Positions 37,195-49,239 of a stretch of DNA of 64,000 bases are shown piece by piece. Below the pieces are notes generated by a model. The model saw only the letters and a list, made by a program, of their open reading frames with translations. It was not told the origin of the DNA and made no database searches. Position 1 is the first letter of the stretch; each line of letters starts with the position of its first letter. The stretch comes from Leucoraja ocellata (Eukaryota): positions 1,178,001-1,242,000 of the forward strand of contig JAWMAR010000421.1 in NCBI GenBank assembly GCA_036785375.1. Direction: 5' to 3'. A program made the translations under genes and the position numbers.

Positions 37195-38035
37195 GAATCA
37201 AGTCAAGAGTGTTTTATTGTCATATGTCCCAGATAGAACAATGAAATTCTTACTTGCTGCAGCATAACAGAATATGTAAACATAGTACATAATGGGAGGG
37301 AGAAAAAGTTCAGTGTGTGTATATATACATGCACACATACTCAATAAACAAACAATTATAGTGCAATAATAATAATAATAGTCTATTGTAGTTCAGAGCT
37401 TGTTTGTTGTCGTGTTTAATAGCCTGATGGCTGAAGGGAAGAAGCTGTTCCTGAACCTGGCCGTTACAGTTTTCAGGCTCCTGTACCTTCTTCCCGATGG
37501 CAATGGTAAAATGAGTGTGTGTGGCCAGGGTGGTGTGGGTCTCTGATGATGCTGGCTGCCTTTTTGAGGCAGCTACTTCGATAAATCCTTTCGATGGTCG
37601 GGAGGTCAGAGCCAGTGATGGACAGGGCAGTGGTCACAACCTTTTACAATCTTTTCCGCTCCTGGACGTTCAAGTTGCCAAACCAGGCCATGATGCAACC
37701 AGTCAGTATGCTCTCTACTGTGCACCTGTCGAAGTTCAAGAGAATCCTCTTTGACATACCGAATCTCCATAATCTTCTCAGGAAGTAGAGGCGCTGATGA
37801 GCTTACTTTGTAATTGCATCAGTTTGCTGGGTCCAGGAATTTGAAGTTTTTGACTCTCTCCACCATCGTCCCATTGATATAAACAGGATTGTGGATCCTC
37901 ATCCTTCCTCTTCCAAAGTCCACAATCAGTTCCTAGGTTTTACTGATGTTGAGAGCCAGGTTGTTGTGCTGGAACCATTTGGTCAATCGGTCGAACTCAC
38001 TTCTATACTGACTCATCACCATCTGTAATTCGTCT
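37195..38035 (-). mobile_element. Young Rex1/Babar LINE 3' part
   Basis: (CTTGA)n-type tail at about 37197-37207; minus-strand LPLPSGRRYRSLKTVTARFRNSFFPSAIRLLN. Confidence 0.85.
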
Positions 38036-39271
38036 TTACTCAGACTCACTCTTATCCCTTCTGTCTCAGCCTTTTTTTTAATTGTTTTCCTTTTAACATA
38101 TTCATTTCCTTAACAACCTTGATATGAAAAAACCTTGAATGCTGAAATGGTCAACTTGCTTCCATTTTTGCTCACCACTCAGTTGTAACTCATAAGTACA
38201 GGTCAGTTTTATGGCTCTTTGCAATAATTCCAATATTTCACCGTCTCTAAGAACAAAACAATTTATTAACCGTTTTAATTATGCAAGTTATCATTAAATT
38301 AGCCTCATATATTTCTGCTGAGTATTAGTTGTATATGTTGAGCATTAAGCTGAGGTTCCATGATTACTTTTGAGCTCATCCACATTGTGATCCCATTATG
38401 AAATAGTTATGTTTTTCTTTTACTTTTTCGATTGTGTCATTTTTTACACTTGTCCATATTAAATCTTATTTGTTGTTTGGAACTCCGATATATGTTTTAA
38501 TTTGTTTGGTAATTTACAATATGCAATTCTAATTTCACATTGCTACCAGTTTCTTAATATCATTAATTATTAATTTGATTAATAGCAGTTGAAGCACAGA
38601 CCTTTGATTTTTTTTTCCACCATTAATTTAGTTAACTCCAACAAATAAATATTTGCTACTTAAATTTATTTTTGTCCACTCTCATAATTTATGCTGAATT
38701 CCCAGAGATTTACATTTACATGTAGAACTTTGTTAGGGGCCTTTTGGAAGTCTGATTGGTGTTTCTCCTTCTGAATCCCTTTGGCTTTATGAAGAATGTA
38801 AAATAATGATCACTTTGATTGAAAAAGCATTACATATTCCAAAATCCTGTTTTTTCTTATGGAGTTGCAATATTTGTTCTGTTGAAATGGAGCCTAGCAA
38901 GATTTTTCAAAATGTTACTCTGTTCCATTCTATTAATTCTTTTGCCAGTAGCTTCCAGCTAAAGAACGTAGGGAGCCAAGCTTAACTTCTGTCAATTTTC
39001 TAAATTTAATGCTATGTTGAAGACTGAATGAAGGTGCCATCTGTGAACAGGGAAAATTAGGGCACTTTTTTCAGGTAACTTATCAGAAAGATATCTTGGT
39101 ACATTGCATTATTTTCCAAATTTGAATTGTGAATTCATCCTCAGAATTCTCTACAAGGCAGATTGTTCAAATCATAGATTATTTGGACCTTCTTTTTGCT
39201 GGTAGCCATCAATTCTGTCATATTGTCACATTTATTTCTACCACTCAATAGCTTGCCAAGGCTAAGTAAAG

Positions 39272-39586
39272 TTCTCTCCCTCTCCCCCTCCCTCCCCCCT
39301 GTGTGTATGGCAAGTGGTTAGTGTGCGTGTGAAGCCGCAGACCCCCCCCCCCCCCACAACCGCACTTTGAGGGAACGGGACCCAGCGGTCTCCCCTCCCT
39401 CCCCTCGCCCACCCCGTCTGCCCCTACTCCCCTCTCACTCCCTACCCCTCCCCCCCCGTGTGTGTGTGGGGTGGTTAGTATGTGTGTGTGAAGCCGCAGC
39501 AACCCCCCCCCCCCCCCACCTCCCCCCCCCCCCCCCCCCACTGTGCGTTGGGGGGAACAGACCTAGTGGGTATGCACTTGGTGTAG
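39272..39586 (+). mobile_element. Two tandem 3' ends of the same Helitron family
   Basis: Two units of the block tgtgtg..ggttag..tgtgtgaagccgcag-C run-ttgrggga, matching the reverse complement of 33997-34110; ends cttggtGTAG|T. Confidence 0.7.
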
Positions 39587-40569
39587 TGTTCCATAAAAGC
39601 CAATATTCCAAACCACATTTGTCTTCATTCTGTTCATCTCCCATCACTTGCAGCTCTGACAACCTATCTACCTCTGCCCTCTAGCATCTTAAATTTAAAA
39701 TTACTACTTTGGCTTTCAAACTCTGGCTTTCTAATTGTCTGTCACTTCCTACACTCCATTGGTCGTAGGGCGCCTGCTCTTGATATTTTCCTTAAATTTC
39801 TCTCTTTCCCCACATTTTATTTTGTAAAACATTATCTAAAATGCATTATGTGATTCATTTATTTGCACCCTCATCTAAACTCTAGAGCCTGCCGTTCTGT
39901 ACTCTCACCATTATGTTTGTAGTGTCCAGTGGAAGGACTTAAAATAAATTAAATGTGGTTTATAAAGGTATTATATTATTGTGAGGCTTCATTTGAACCG
40001 GGCAAATTAAAATTTGTTATGAGGTAATAGTATTCAATAGAAGCTGCTTGTATGTTGCCAAGCAGTCTGATTAAACGACCTCTAATTTGGGTGCTGACGG
40101 TGTAATGATACAGCACCCAGAATTAGTGCAAAAAGAACATTGGGGTAGGCCATCCAGCCATTCGAGCCTGGTCTGACATCTACCTCAGAAATAGGTGCAG
40201 AATCGCTGAGTCCTTGTGCTATACGCCTTCCTTGCTCTTGAGATCAAAACCTTATTTATAAAAAGGCTATTTTCCCTGTGAATCATTTTCTATATCAATG
40301 TTGTTTTCGAGCAACTTGTGTAATAGCCCACTTGGGTCACCTTGAACATCAACACCCAATCTCACACTTTCATAAACACCTTTTCTCCTCTTGTGTCCTC
40401 ATATGTATACCAAAGCAGATAACCTCACATTTTTCAACCTACATTTCTAATTCCACATTCTCAGCTGCTCTTTCAGCTTCTCCATATCTGCTCTGACATC
40501 GTCCATACTCACAGTTTCATGTAGTTCAGTATCATCAACAAATTGAGAATCGAGGCATTTGAAGTATTT

Positions 40570-41045
40570 TATTCATTTCTGGTCACCCCATACCAAGTAG
40601 GATGTGGACGCTTTGGGGAGGGTGCAGAGGCGATTTATCAGAATGCTGCCTGGATTAGAGGGTATTAGGTGTAAAGAGAGGTTGGATGAATTTGGATTAT
40701 TTTCTCTTGACATGTTGGAGGTTGAGAGGAGACCTGATGGACGATTACAAAATTATGAGAGATGTAGGTAAGATAGATAGTCAGAACCTTTTTTCCCAAA
40801 TGCCAAATACTAGGGGGTATAACTGTTAAAGGATTAAAGGATATGTGATAGGCAAGTTATTTTACACAGAGTGGTAGGTGCCTGGAAACATGTGATAGTG
40901 TGTTTAACATGCATAAAGAAACTTGAACATGTAGGGAATGGGGGCATATGGAGATGCGCAGGCAGAAGGGATTAGTTTAATTTGGCATCATTTTACACAT
41001 TGGCTGTATGGCCTGTTCCTGTATTGTACTGGTTTATGTTCTATT
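40570..41045 (+). mobile_element. CR1 3' fragment
   Basis: FWSPHTK, RVQRRFIRMLPGL and RLRGDL remnants plus tail. Confidence 0.8.
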
Positions 41046-41519
41046 TCTTTGTCCACCTTTTCTGAAAATTCCTCCCAATACTCAGGTCTTGTGCTATTTC
41101 TGATAATGCTATAAGCCTCTCCCTTGGATTTAATGCTCTTTAATTTCACCTGTCAGTCACAGATGGATCACATTTCCTATTGGGACTTTGAGCCTTATTG
41201 GATATTTTGCAAAAAATAAATACTTTATTTCTGCATCACTTTCAAACTTATCAAATTCTATTACTTTTGTTGTCATTCTTTGCCAAAGATCCCTCAACAA
41301 CGGGTTATCAGGTAACCCTTTCTCAATGCACAAAACATGAACCAAGTGACCTAGTTTTCTCCTTAACATGTTGAGGTAAAAAGTATCCAGTGTGTACTCA
41401 GGAATTCATTTTCCAAGTTAATACAGTAAATTTGAGTAGTCCAGTCTACAAGCAAGTTAAAGTCTCCCATGATTGCAATAACACTACTATCACATGCACC
41501 TCCAGTTTCCAGATTCATT

Positions 41520-42012
41520 CCTCCGCCTATACCTACCTGATCTCCTGGTTGCCAAACACTTTAACTCCCGCTCCCATTCCCACACTGACCTTTCTGTTCT
41601 GGGCCTCCTCCACTGTCAGTGTGAATTGGAGGAACAGCACCTCGTATTGCACTTGGGCAGCTTACACCCCAGTGGTATGAATATTGATTTCTCTAACTTC
41701 GTAACCTTTGCTTTCCCTCTCTCTCCATCCTTCCCCCTTCCTAGCTCTCCAACCGGTCTGACTGTTCCCCTGATTAATTTTTATCTCTGTATGCTTTGTT
41801 ATCATCTTCTCCTAGCTAACAAAGATATTTTCTACATTTTTCCTTGATATGCATCCCCTTTGATGTCTCGTTTTCACACCTTACACGTCCTTATCTCTGT
41901 CTCCCTCTCCTCTGACTCACAGTCTGAAGAAGGGTCTCAACCCGAAACGTCATCTTTTCTTATCCAGAGATGCTGCCTGTTCCGCTGAGTTATTCCAGCA
42001 CTTTGTGTCTAT
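41520..42012 (+). mobile_element. Penelope-like 3' end: GIY-YIG remnant plus pLTR hammerhead (41921-41954)
   Basis: ORF 41494..41847 VAKHFNSRSHSHTDLSVLGLLHCQ..LEEQHLVLHLGSLHPSGMNIDFSNF, then CUGAAGA A GGGU CUCA ACCC GAAAC GUC. Confidence 0.8.
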
Positions 42013-42019
42013 AATCAAA

Positions 42020-42910
42020 AACTTGTCCCACCCTGGTCATTCCTTGTTCTGCCTGCTCCTGTCCAGAAGAGATACAGGAACTTGAAAGCATGAACTACTA
42101 GACTCAGAAACAACGACATTCCTTCTATTTCCAGGCTTCTGGTCTTTCCACGTTAGGGTACTGTTCGTTTCACCTCTATCCCATTGTGAATATTGATCTT
42201 TATTTATGAATTTGATGCAATGCTGAGAACTATATTCTGAAGTCTGTATTGGATAGAATGCAAAACAAAGCTTTTCACTATATCTCGGTACACATGACAA
42301 TAATAAACCTAAACCTAAAAAGTGGGGCCAAGCGCAAACTAGAAGAACTGAACTTTTTATTCTGTCTTGGTAGTGTACATCTCGACTGCATAAACATTAA
42401 TTTCTCTAGTTTCATTAACCTGCTCCTCCTCAGTGCCTCTATGCACCCAGATACTGCCAGAACACCCATCCCCTAGCTCCTTTCCCACCTAAACCATCTG
42501 CCCATTTACTCACACACTCTTCCCATCAGGTTCCCCACCTCCACTGTTCCCATCTGACCTCCCTTGTTTGGTCTCTTTCCACACCTTATCCATCAGATTT
42601 CATCATCTGAAGCCCTCAGTTGCCTCCACCTATCACATTCCAGCCTCTCTCATTATCTCCACCCCTCTCTCTCTCACCTGACTCAATCCAACTTTTCTCG
42701 CCAAGATCCACCTGCCGCATGTCACCTCTTGCCCCACTTCCCCTCACCTCTTTATACTGGCCATCTCCCCGCCATTATTTCAGTCCAGAGGCAGAGCCTC
42801 GACCCGAAAGGTCAACTGTCCATTTTCCTCCACAGACCCGCTGAGTTCTTCCAGCACTTTGTGTTTTGCACCAGTGTTTTGCTAGCATTTGCAATCGATT
42901 GTGTGTCTCT
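42020..42910 (+). mobile_element. Rex1 3' tail (42020-42320) followed by an older Penelope 3' fragment
   Basis: HPGHSLFCLLLSRRDTG; then KRKLEELNFLFCLGS and a degenerate hammerhead near 42781-42820. Confidence 0.65.
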
Positions 42911-43769
42911 CGTAACACACAGCAGTTCTCCCAGTAACACTTGCAAACCCCTGTGCAAGGAGATAGGTTCTGGCTCTGTGAAGAGCAATCTGTTTGATGT
43001 TTACAGGTGCAACCTGTTTCAACAATAGTTCCAATGCCTCAGAGTGTAAAGTCTTCTTCTGGCACTATCTCTCCAGCCACACAATCATCTACTTTATTCT
43101 CCTATGTCTTTACATATTGGCACAGGACACTGAGAGTAACCCTTAGATTGTCACCTATTGAACATCTTTCCTGGATCTCTAAGCTCTCATCTGTACCTCA
43201 TTCCTCCTCCTATCCATGTGGATACATGGTTCAAACAAACTTGAAACCAGGAGATGGAGAAAATGTACAATTATTGATTTATTTATCCACAGTCGATAAA
43301 AAGTGTTTGGCTTTGGAGGTTTTTTAAATAAATCAAAGTATTTAATTGTATTTTTCAATTTTCCAGAAGGTGTAAATGGTGAAACCCACAATCAGTTAAA
43401 CTTACTAATGACATTTTGAGAACTTTTCCCTTGAGGACTGAGCGTCTGTTAAAAGCCCCAGGCTATTTTAATCAAAGCTGCTCAATTTAACAGATTGCTG
43501 TTCATTTTGTCCCTGTTGTTCACTTGATTCCCACTGTGTGTTATATGGATATCTGTGCCTGGGACCATTTTCTTTCTTTACTGTTTTTGTTGGAATATTT
43601 AAAGGTTGTAAGATTCTTCCTAACTCATTTTTGATTTATATAGAGGTTTAAGCTTGCCTCGTATATAGCATTATATGAAAAGGCAATTATGATTAAAGAA
43701 ACAAAAAAACCCCAGCATTTTGGATTTGCATAGTGTTTTATATTTCTGCCATTTCCTTGTGTCACAGGA

Positions 43770-44060
43770 TAGAGGCAATTCAGTCCCTGGAGTCTCTGCC
43801 CAGCTTCAGCGTACACCCCTACTTCTCCCACTTAATTCCATGTAAACCCTCTCACAGACCCTTTGTTTCCCCCCAATTAACCCACCATCATGCATCTATG
43901 CCAGGGGCGATTCACGATAGCTAATTAACCAACCAGCAAGTCTGAACATGGAAGGAAACCCGAATAGTCACAGGAAACTCGGGCAGTGACAAAAAATAAC
44001 ATGCAAACTCCACACAGGTAGCACCCAAGGACCCGAGTAGATAGACCTGTAAAGCAGTGT
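43770..44060 (-). mobile_element. HE1-type SINE (minus)
   Basis: Reverse-complement core catgcaaactccacacagg. Confidence 0.6.
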
Positions 44061-44419
44061 GGCTTTTTAATGTAGCTTCTCACTTCCATGAAGCTCCCAA
44101 TTATAACAGCTCTGTAAAGTCAGTGTAAAGTCTTCTGCTAATTCACCAAATGTTATCAGAAGTCATAGAAGAATATCCTCTTTAACTTAATCTATTGTGG
44201 TGCTGAAATGTCAAATTATTTTTCCCCTTAATAGAAATCCATTGGTTTTGCTATTTTAAAGCTATCGATTGTTTGGATGATCAACTTATTTTCTAATTTA
44301 AATGTTCTGTCTTTTCCTGAAGGTCTATGAAGTTTTTAGAAGCATTGAGGTCACATTTATAATTTTGTTCAGGGTTTAAGAGACACTGATATTTCGGTAT
44401 ACACTTAAAATAAAACACA

Positions 44420-44715
44420 GTGTGGCACAGTGGCGCAGCTGCTGCCTCACAATGCATGAGACTCGAGTTCGATCCTGAACTCGGGTGCTATCTGTGTGGT
44501 GGTAACACTCCCTGTGGCCTCCCCGGGTTTCCTATGGCTGCTCCGATTTCCTCCCACATCCCAAAGACGCTCGGGCTTGTAGGTTAATTGGCCTCTATAA
44601 GTTACCCCTTGTGTGTAAGGAGTTGATGTGAAAGTGGATAACATAGAACTAGTGTGAAGCGGTGATTGATGGCCGGCGTGGGCCGAAAGACCTGTTTCCA
44701 TGCTGTATAACTAAA
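44420..44715 (+). mobile_element. HE1-type SINE (plus), near full length
   Basis: A-box-like ggcacagtggcgcag, B-box gagttcgatcc, V-domain, CR1 tail. Confidence 0.8.
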
Positions 44716-45334
44716 CACTTACAATTGGTGGCTGGAGATTCTAATATATTCTGGTACTGAGCTGAGTATTTATGTTGATCAAGTTGAAATCGAAAAGCTC
44801 ATTACCTTCTGTCACTTTCCTCATCAAAATGTCAATATACACAGACCTGATCACATCTTTTTTACTTGTATGGATTTGCATCTTCAAACTACAGAGTAAT
44901 GGGTAGTTTTACAGTATTTGTATGGATTGACATGAGTGAAGATAGTAATATTTTGCTTTCTACCGTCTCATACTACATTCCTTTACCTCTATTAGCTGAC
45001 TCTCAACACCTCCTTGCATTGCATGGCTATGCCTAAAGATAAAATATAATTGTTAAGGAGAATCTAATTAAATCCCATTCCACATTTAGTTCTTCTGATA
45101 AAATATATTGATTCTTACCAATAAGCACATTTCTTCTAAGCTAATGAGATTGTTGTAACTCCTTTATTTTGTTATAAAAACATTCTTGTATGGGGTTATT
45201 GTATCACCAAATTTATTTCCTAATTTTAATTTGGTCTTTGATTCCTTAGCCAAGCTGATCAGGTACAGTTACAATACTTTTTCACAGCCTTTGACTTCAA
45301 GGCAGGCTTTGACTGGAAGTGACATCAAGATGCC

Positions 45335-47125
45335 ATTTTTATTCATTTAAGGGATGTGTGCTTTGCAGGCTGAACTAGTATTTAATTACCCGTCCCTAAT
45401 TGCCCTTGAGCAGGTAGTGGTGAGTTGTGCCTTAAACAGCTGCTCGTCTTGAGCTGTTAGGGAGAGATTTTCAAGATATTGACCCAGTGAAGGTGAAGAA
45501 ATGGATATATATTTCCAAGTCTGGATGGTGTATGGCTTGGAGAGAAATTGCAAGGTGACGATTCCTATGCTTTTGCTGCCCTTGTTCTTTGCTGCATTGA
45601 TGTCAAGGGCAGTTACTCTCACTTCACCTATGGAGTTCAGCCCTTTTGTCCATGTTTGGACCAAAGTTGTAATGTCAAGAGTTGAGTGATTTTGCTGGAA
45701 TACAAACTGAGCTTTTGCTATCCATCACTTTGTTGATGATCGAGAGTAGACTAACAAGGCGGTAATTGCATGGGTCAGATTTGTCCTACTTCTTGTGGAC
45801 AGTACATACCTGGGCAATTTTCCACATTTGTTGTAGTATTGGAACACTAGGCAAAGGGTGCAATAGGTACTGGAGCTAAAGCCTTCAGTACTATTGCCAG
45901 AATGTCAGGGCCCCATGCCTTTGTTGTACCCAATGCCATTTGCTAATGTCACATGGAGTGAATCATTGGTTGAAGACAGGATTGCAGGGGTTAGATCGGA
46001 TCTATTGATTAATTGTGTGACCGCTTAGCTCTGTCTATTGCATGTTGTTTATTCTCTTTGGTGTGCAAATAGTCCTATCTTGTAGCCAGGTTGATTCCTC
46101 ATTTAGAGGTATACCCGATGCTGATCCTGGCATGTCCTCCTTCTCATTGAATCAATGTTCATCCTGTGGCTTGATGGTGATGGTAGAACAGGGTTTATGC
46201 CAGGCCAAATGGTTGCAGATTGTGTTTGAGTATAATTTTGCTGCTGCTGATGACCCACAGCACTTCATGGTTGTTCAGTCTTAAGTTGCTAGATTTGTTC
46301 ACAATCTGCCTCATTTAGCATATGGGGGTGCAATACAACACAATGATAAAGATTAAGTCAATGGGCATCTAGGAGAAAATAATACAATGGATGGAGCCAT
46401 AGCTTGCATAATGTAAGATGGTTGTGATTGTTGGAGGTTGGTCATACATCCCCATAAATATTACTGCAGGAATTCCTTGGGGTAGTGACCTAGGCCCAGC
46501 CATCTTCAGATCTTCAACAGAAATTCAAAAGGGCCAGCCACATAGCTACTGTGGCTACAAGACAAAGTTGTGGACTCTGTGTCAATGATTCATTGACTCA
46601 TGGCACTCTAAAACCTTTATACCATGTACAACACACAGTTCAGGAGTATGAGGGGATACTCTCTACTCTGCCTGGATAAGTGCAGCTCCAACGACTCATG
46701 GAAAGCTCAACACCACCGAGGACCTAACAGTGTGCTTGATTGGTACCCTATGCACCACCTAAACATATATTCCCTTCACCGCCAGTGCACTCTGCCTATT
46801 GTGTGTGCTGTGCACTGAAATGGGTCATTTAGCCCACTGACAGCATGTCCCAAACCTGTGATCTGTACCACCAAGGACAGAAGTAGCAGATGCATGGGAA
46901 CACTGCCAACACTCTGCACTCCTTCCCGTTGCATACCTTCCTGGTCTTTCATTGCACCAGATCGAATTCTTGGACCAACCTCCAACCACACGGAGGGAGT
47001 CCCTTTGCCAGAAGGACTGCAGAAGTTCAAGTAGGTGGCTCATCAGCATCTCCTCAAAGTCGGTTAAGGATGGGCAATAAATGCTGGCCTTGTGAGTGAC
47101 ACTTAGATCCCAAGAATGAATTTTA
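45335..47125. mobile_element. L2/Crack-like LINE pieces in opposite orientations (minus 45335-46340, plus 46350-47125)
   Basis: GEVRVTALDI on minus; AGIPWGSDLGP and LYTMYNTQFRSMRGYS on plus; the same 3' tail at both outer ends. Confidence 0.6.
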
Positions 47126-47812
47126 GAAAAATGTGGTATATTGAATGCAGGCGAAAGAGTCATTAATAATTTGAGAATGGAATATTATCAATCAGGAGAC
47201 AAGGTATTGCCTGTTGGGTTATGTTTAGCGAGGAAACCAGTGGAAAGCAACCTGACAAAGACTGAGACCTCTACCATGGTGAAATAGGGAAAATTAGACT
47301 TAGTCACGAGTTCCAGCAACATTCCAGGCCATCTCTATGCAGTGGATTGAGAAAGGAAACTGAGGAATTAGGCTTCAATAATTTTCCTTTAAAATTTTCA
47401 TTTTAAACGTTCACAATGAAAGGAAGGAAAAACCATCCCAATAGCTTCTGCACAATAGCCATCTGTGACTAGCTACACCTTCGTCACAAGGGATTCAGCA
47501 GTTCAAGGAGGCAGTTTACTACCATCTTCTCCATAGCAATTTGAGATTGGTGATAAATAATGGCCTTGGTGATGCCCAGATCTAAAAAATAGAAGAAATT
47601 ATGTGTGTGTTGATGAAAGTGCTAGGAATATACTGGGAACAAAATTTAACTGTGATGATGTCAATTGGCTCCACCTTCAGCGCAAAAAGGTAGGAATCTC
47701 ATAGTTGTGATGGTGGAAGAATCGGAATGGAATGTTCTTTTTTTTTTAAATGAGCAATTATGGAAATACCATTGTAGCTGGCATGGTTGCATCATCAATT
47801 GTTTCATTGCAG

Positions 47813-47941
47813 GCAGTATAACAAGCTGCGGAACCTGCTGAGGGATGCTCGTCATGAATGCGTTATGTTCTTCAATGAATTTCAATTGTACTCGTATGTC
47901 CCGAGAGAGCAAGGAGAGTCTCTAGAAAAATGGCAGACCAG
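47813..47941 (+). CDS. DIS3L: DIS3L exon 3 ([43 protein letters not shown])
   Basis: tgcAG acceptor, AG|GTTTGT donor, 129 nt; lies within ORF 47787..48083. Confidence 0.96.
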
Positions 47942-48770
47942 GTTTGTCTTTAAAATTCATTTTAATCTTTCTACCTGTTTAAGGATACTAATTATGGTAA
48001 AATATTCTACACTCATCTCGCTAGTCTTTAATTCACTCTGGCGCTTTAAAATATTTTGTAAAAAATTAATGGAAATATATTAATATATAATTTGGCAGAA
48101 AAACAGTTAATTCAGTCTTGCAGAAAACAATTTGGAGTTGATCCAGAACCACTAGTGCTATCGCCAACTATCGAGCTGCTAATCTAATCAAGGATTGACA
48201 CAGTTTATAGCTAAACTAAACTATTTTATGAAGATTTATAGTTACTAAGGCTGGAACAAGGCAAACTATTTCAAGTGGTTTTGTAACTGAGGAGAAAAGC
48301 GGCTATGAGACTGTGGTGCTCTTGGGCATCTTTGTCTCATTGAACTTTATTGCAGCTCCTGTCGTTTTTATGGTGGAATGTCACCTGCGGCTGACAAGAG
48401 CAATTATAGATGACTTTCGAATGATAAAGTCACATGATTATGTAGCAGTTGTGATGCATGGCAGGGAATGCAGAATGTGCAACATCTTGTTATGCTCTGG
48501 AAAGGTGGAGATTTATGGGTGAATTTGTACATATTTTAATGTTGCAATGTAAATTTTATTTTTATCCAAGTCAGAGGCATTTAACCAATATAAGATTTTT
48601 TGTTTTGCTGGAATATATTTGGGAAATTGGGGGATGTTTGAAATTAGGAAAAAAAGATTCCTGAGCTTTTTCTGAAACTGATTGGTATTACAGTCCTGTC
48701 ATGCTGTGGAAATATTTGAATTTTAAGTCATGCAAACAAAATTAATCAAAATGTTAATTATTTGTTCTAG

Positions 48771-48906
48771 GTGCATTTACTATGCCACAGTCTGGTATTA
48801 TAATCATCTTGCAGGACTAATGCCAGTTGTTATGGTTACTGAGGATGCGGAAGCCATTCAGAAATATGGGAGTGAAACAGATGGAGTGTTTGTTGTATCA
48901 TTTAAG
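48771..48906 (+). CDS. DIS3L: DIS3L exon 4 ([45 protein letters not shown])
   Basis: ttctAG acceptor, AAG|GTAATA donor, 136 nt. Confidence 0.96.
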
Positions 48907-49239
48907 GTAATAAGTAGTCCAATGACATAGGACTGGAACCATTGAATGAACCAGAATATTGCTGTGAAATGGTGTGTCGAAATCTTACGAGACACTGTAG
49001 ACAGTAGCTCTGGCACCAGTTTTAGGAAGATGGAGGAAATAGCAAAAGTGGGGATTATACCTTTGAACACTGGAGAAGGAATTAGTGTCCAAAGAGAACA
49101 TTCCAGACAGCTCCATGTAGACCAGGTTGACTCGGTATTGGGTGAATGATTATTGTATTTTGTCTATTTTCCAGAAGTGCTAAGTGTGCCACAATCTTCA
49201 AAGCAAAAACCAGAAGCTCTTGAAACACAAAGAAGGATA

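Noticed and set aside
44420-44500. tRNA gene
   Set aside because: A/B-box-like motifs belong to a SINE head followed by a V-domain and CR1 tail; no cloverleaf.
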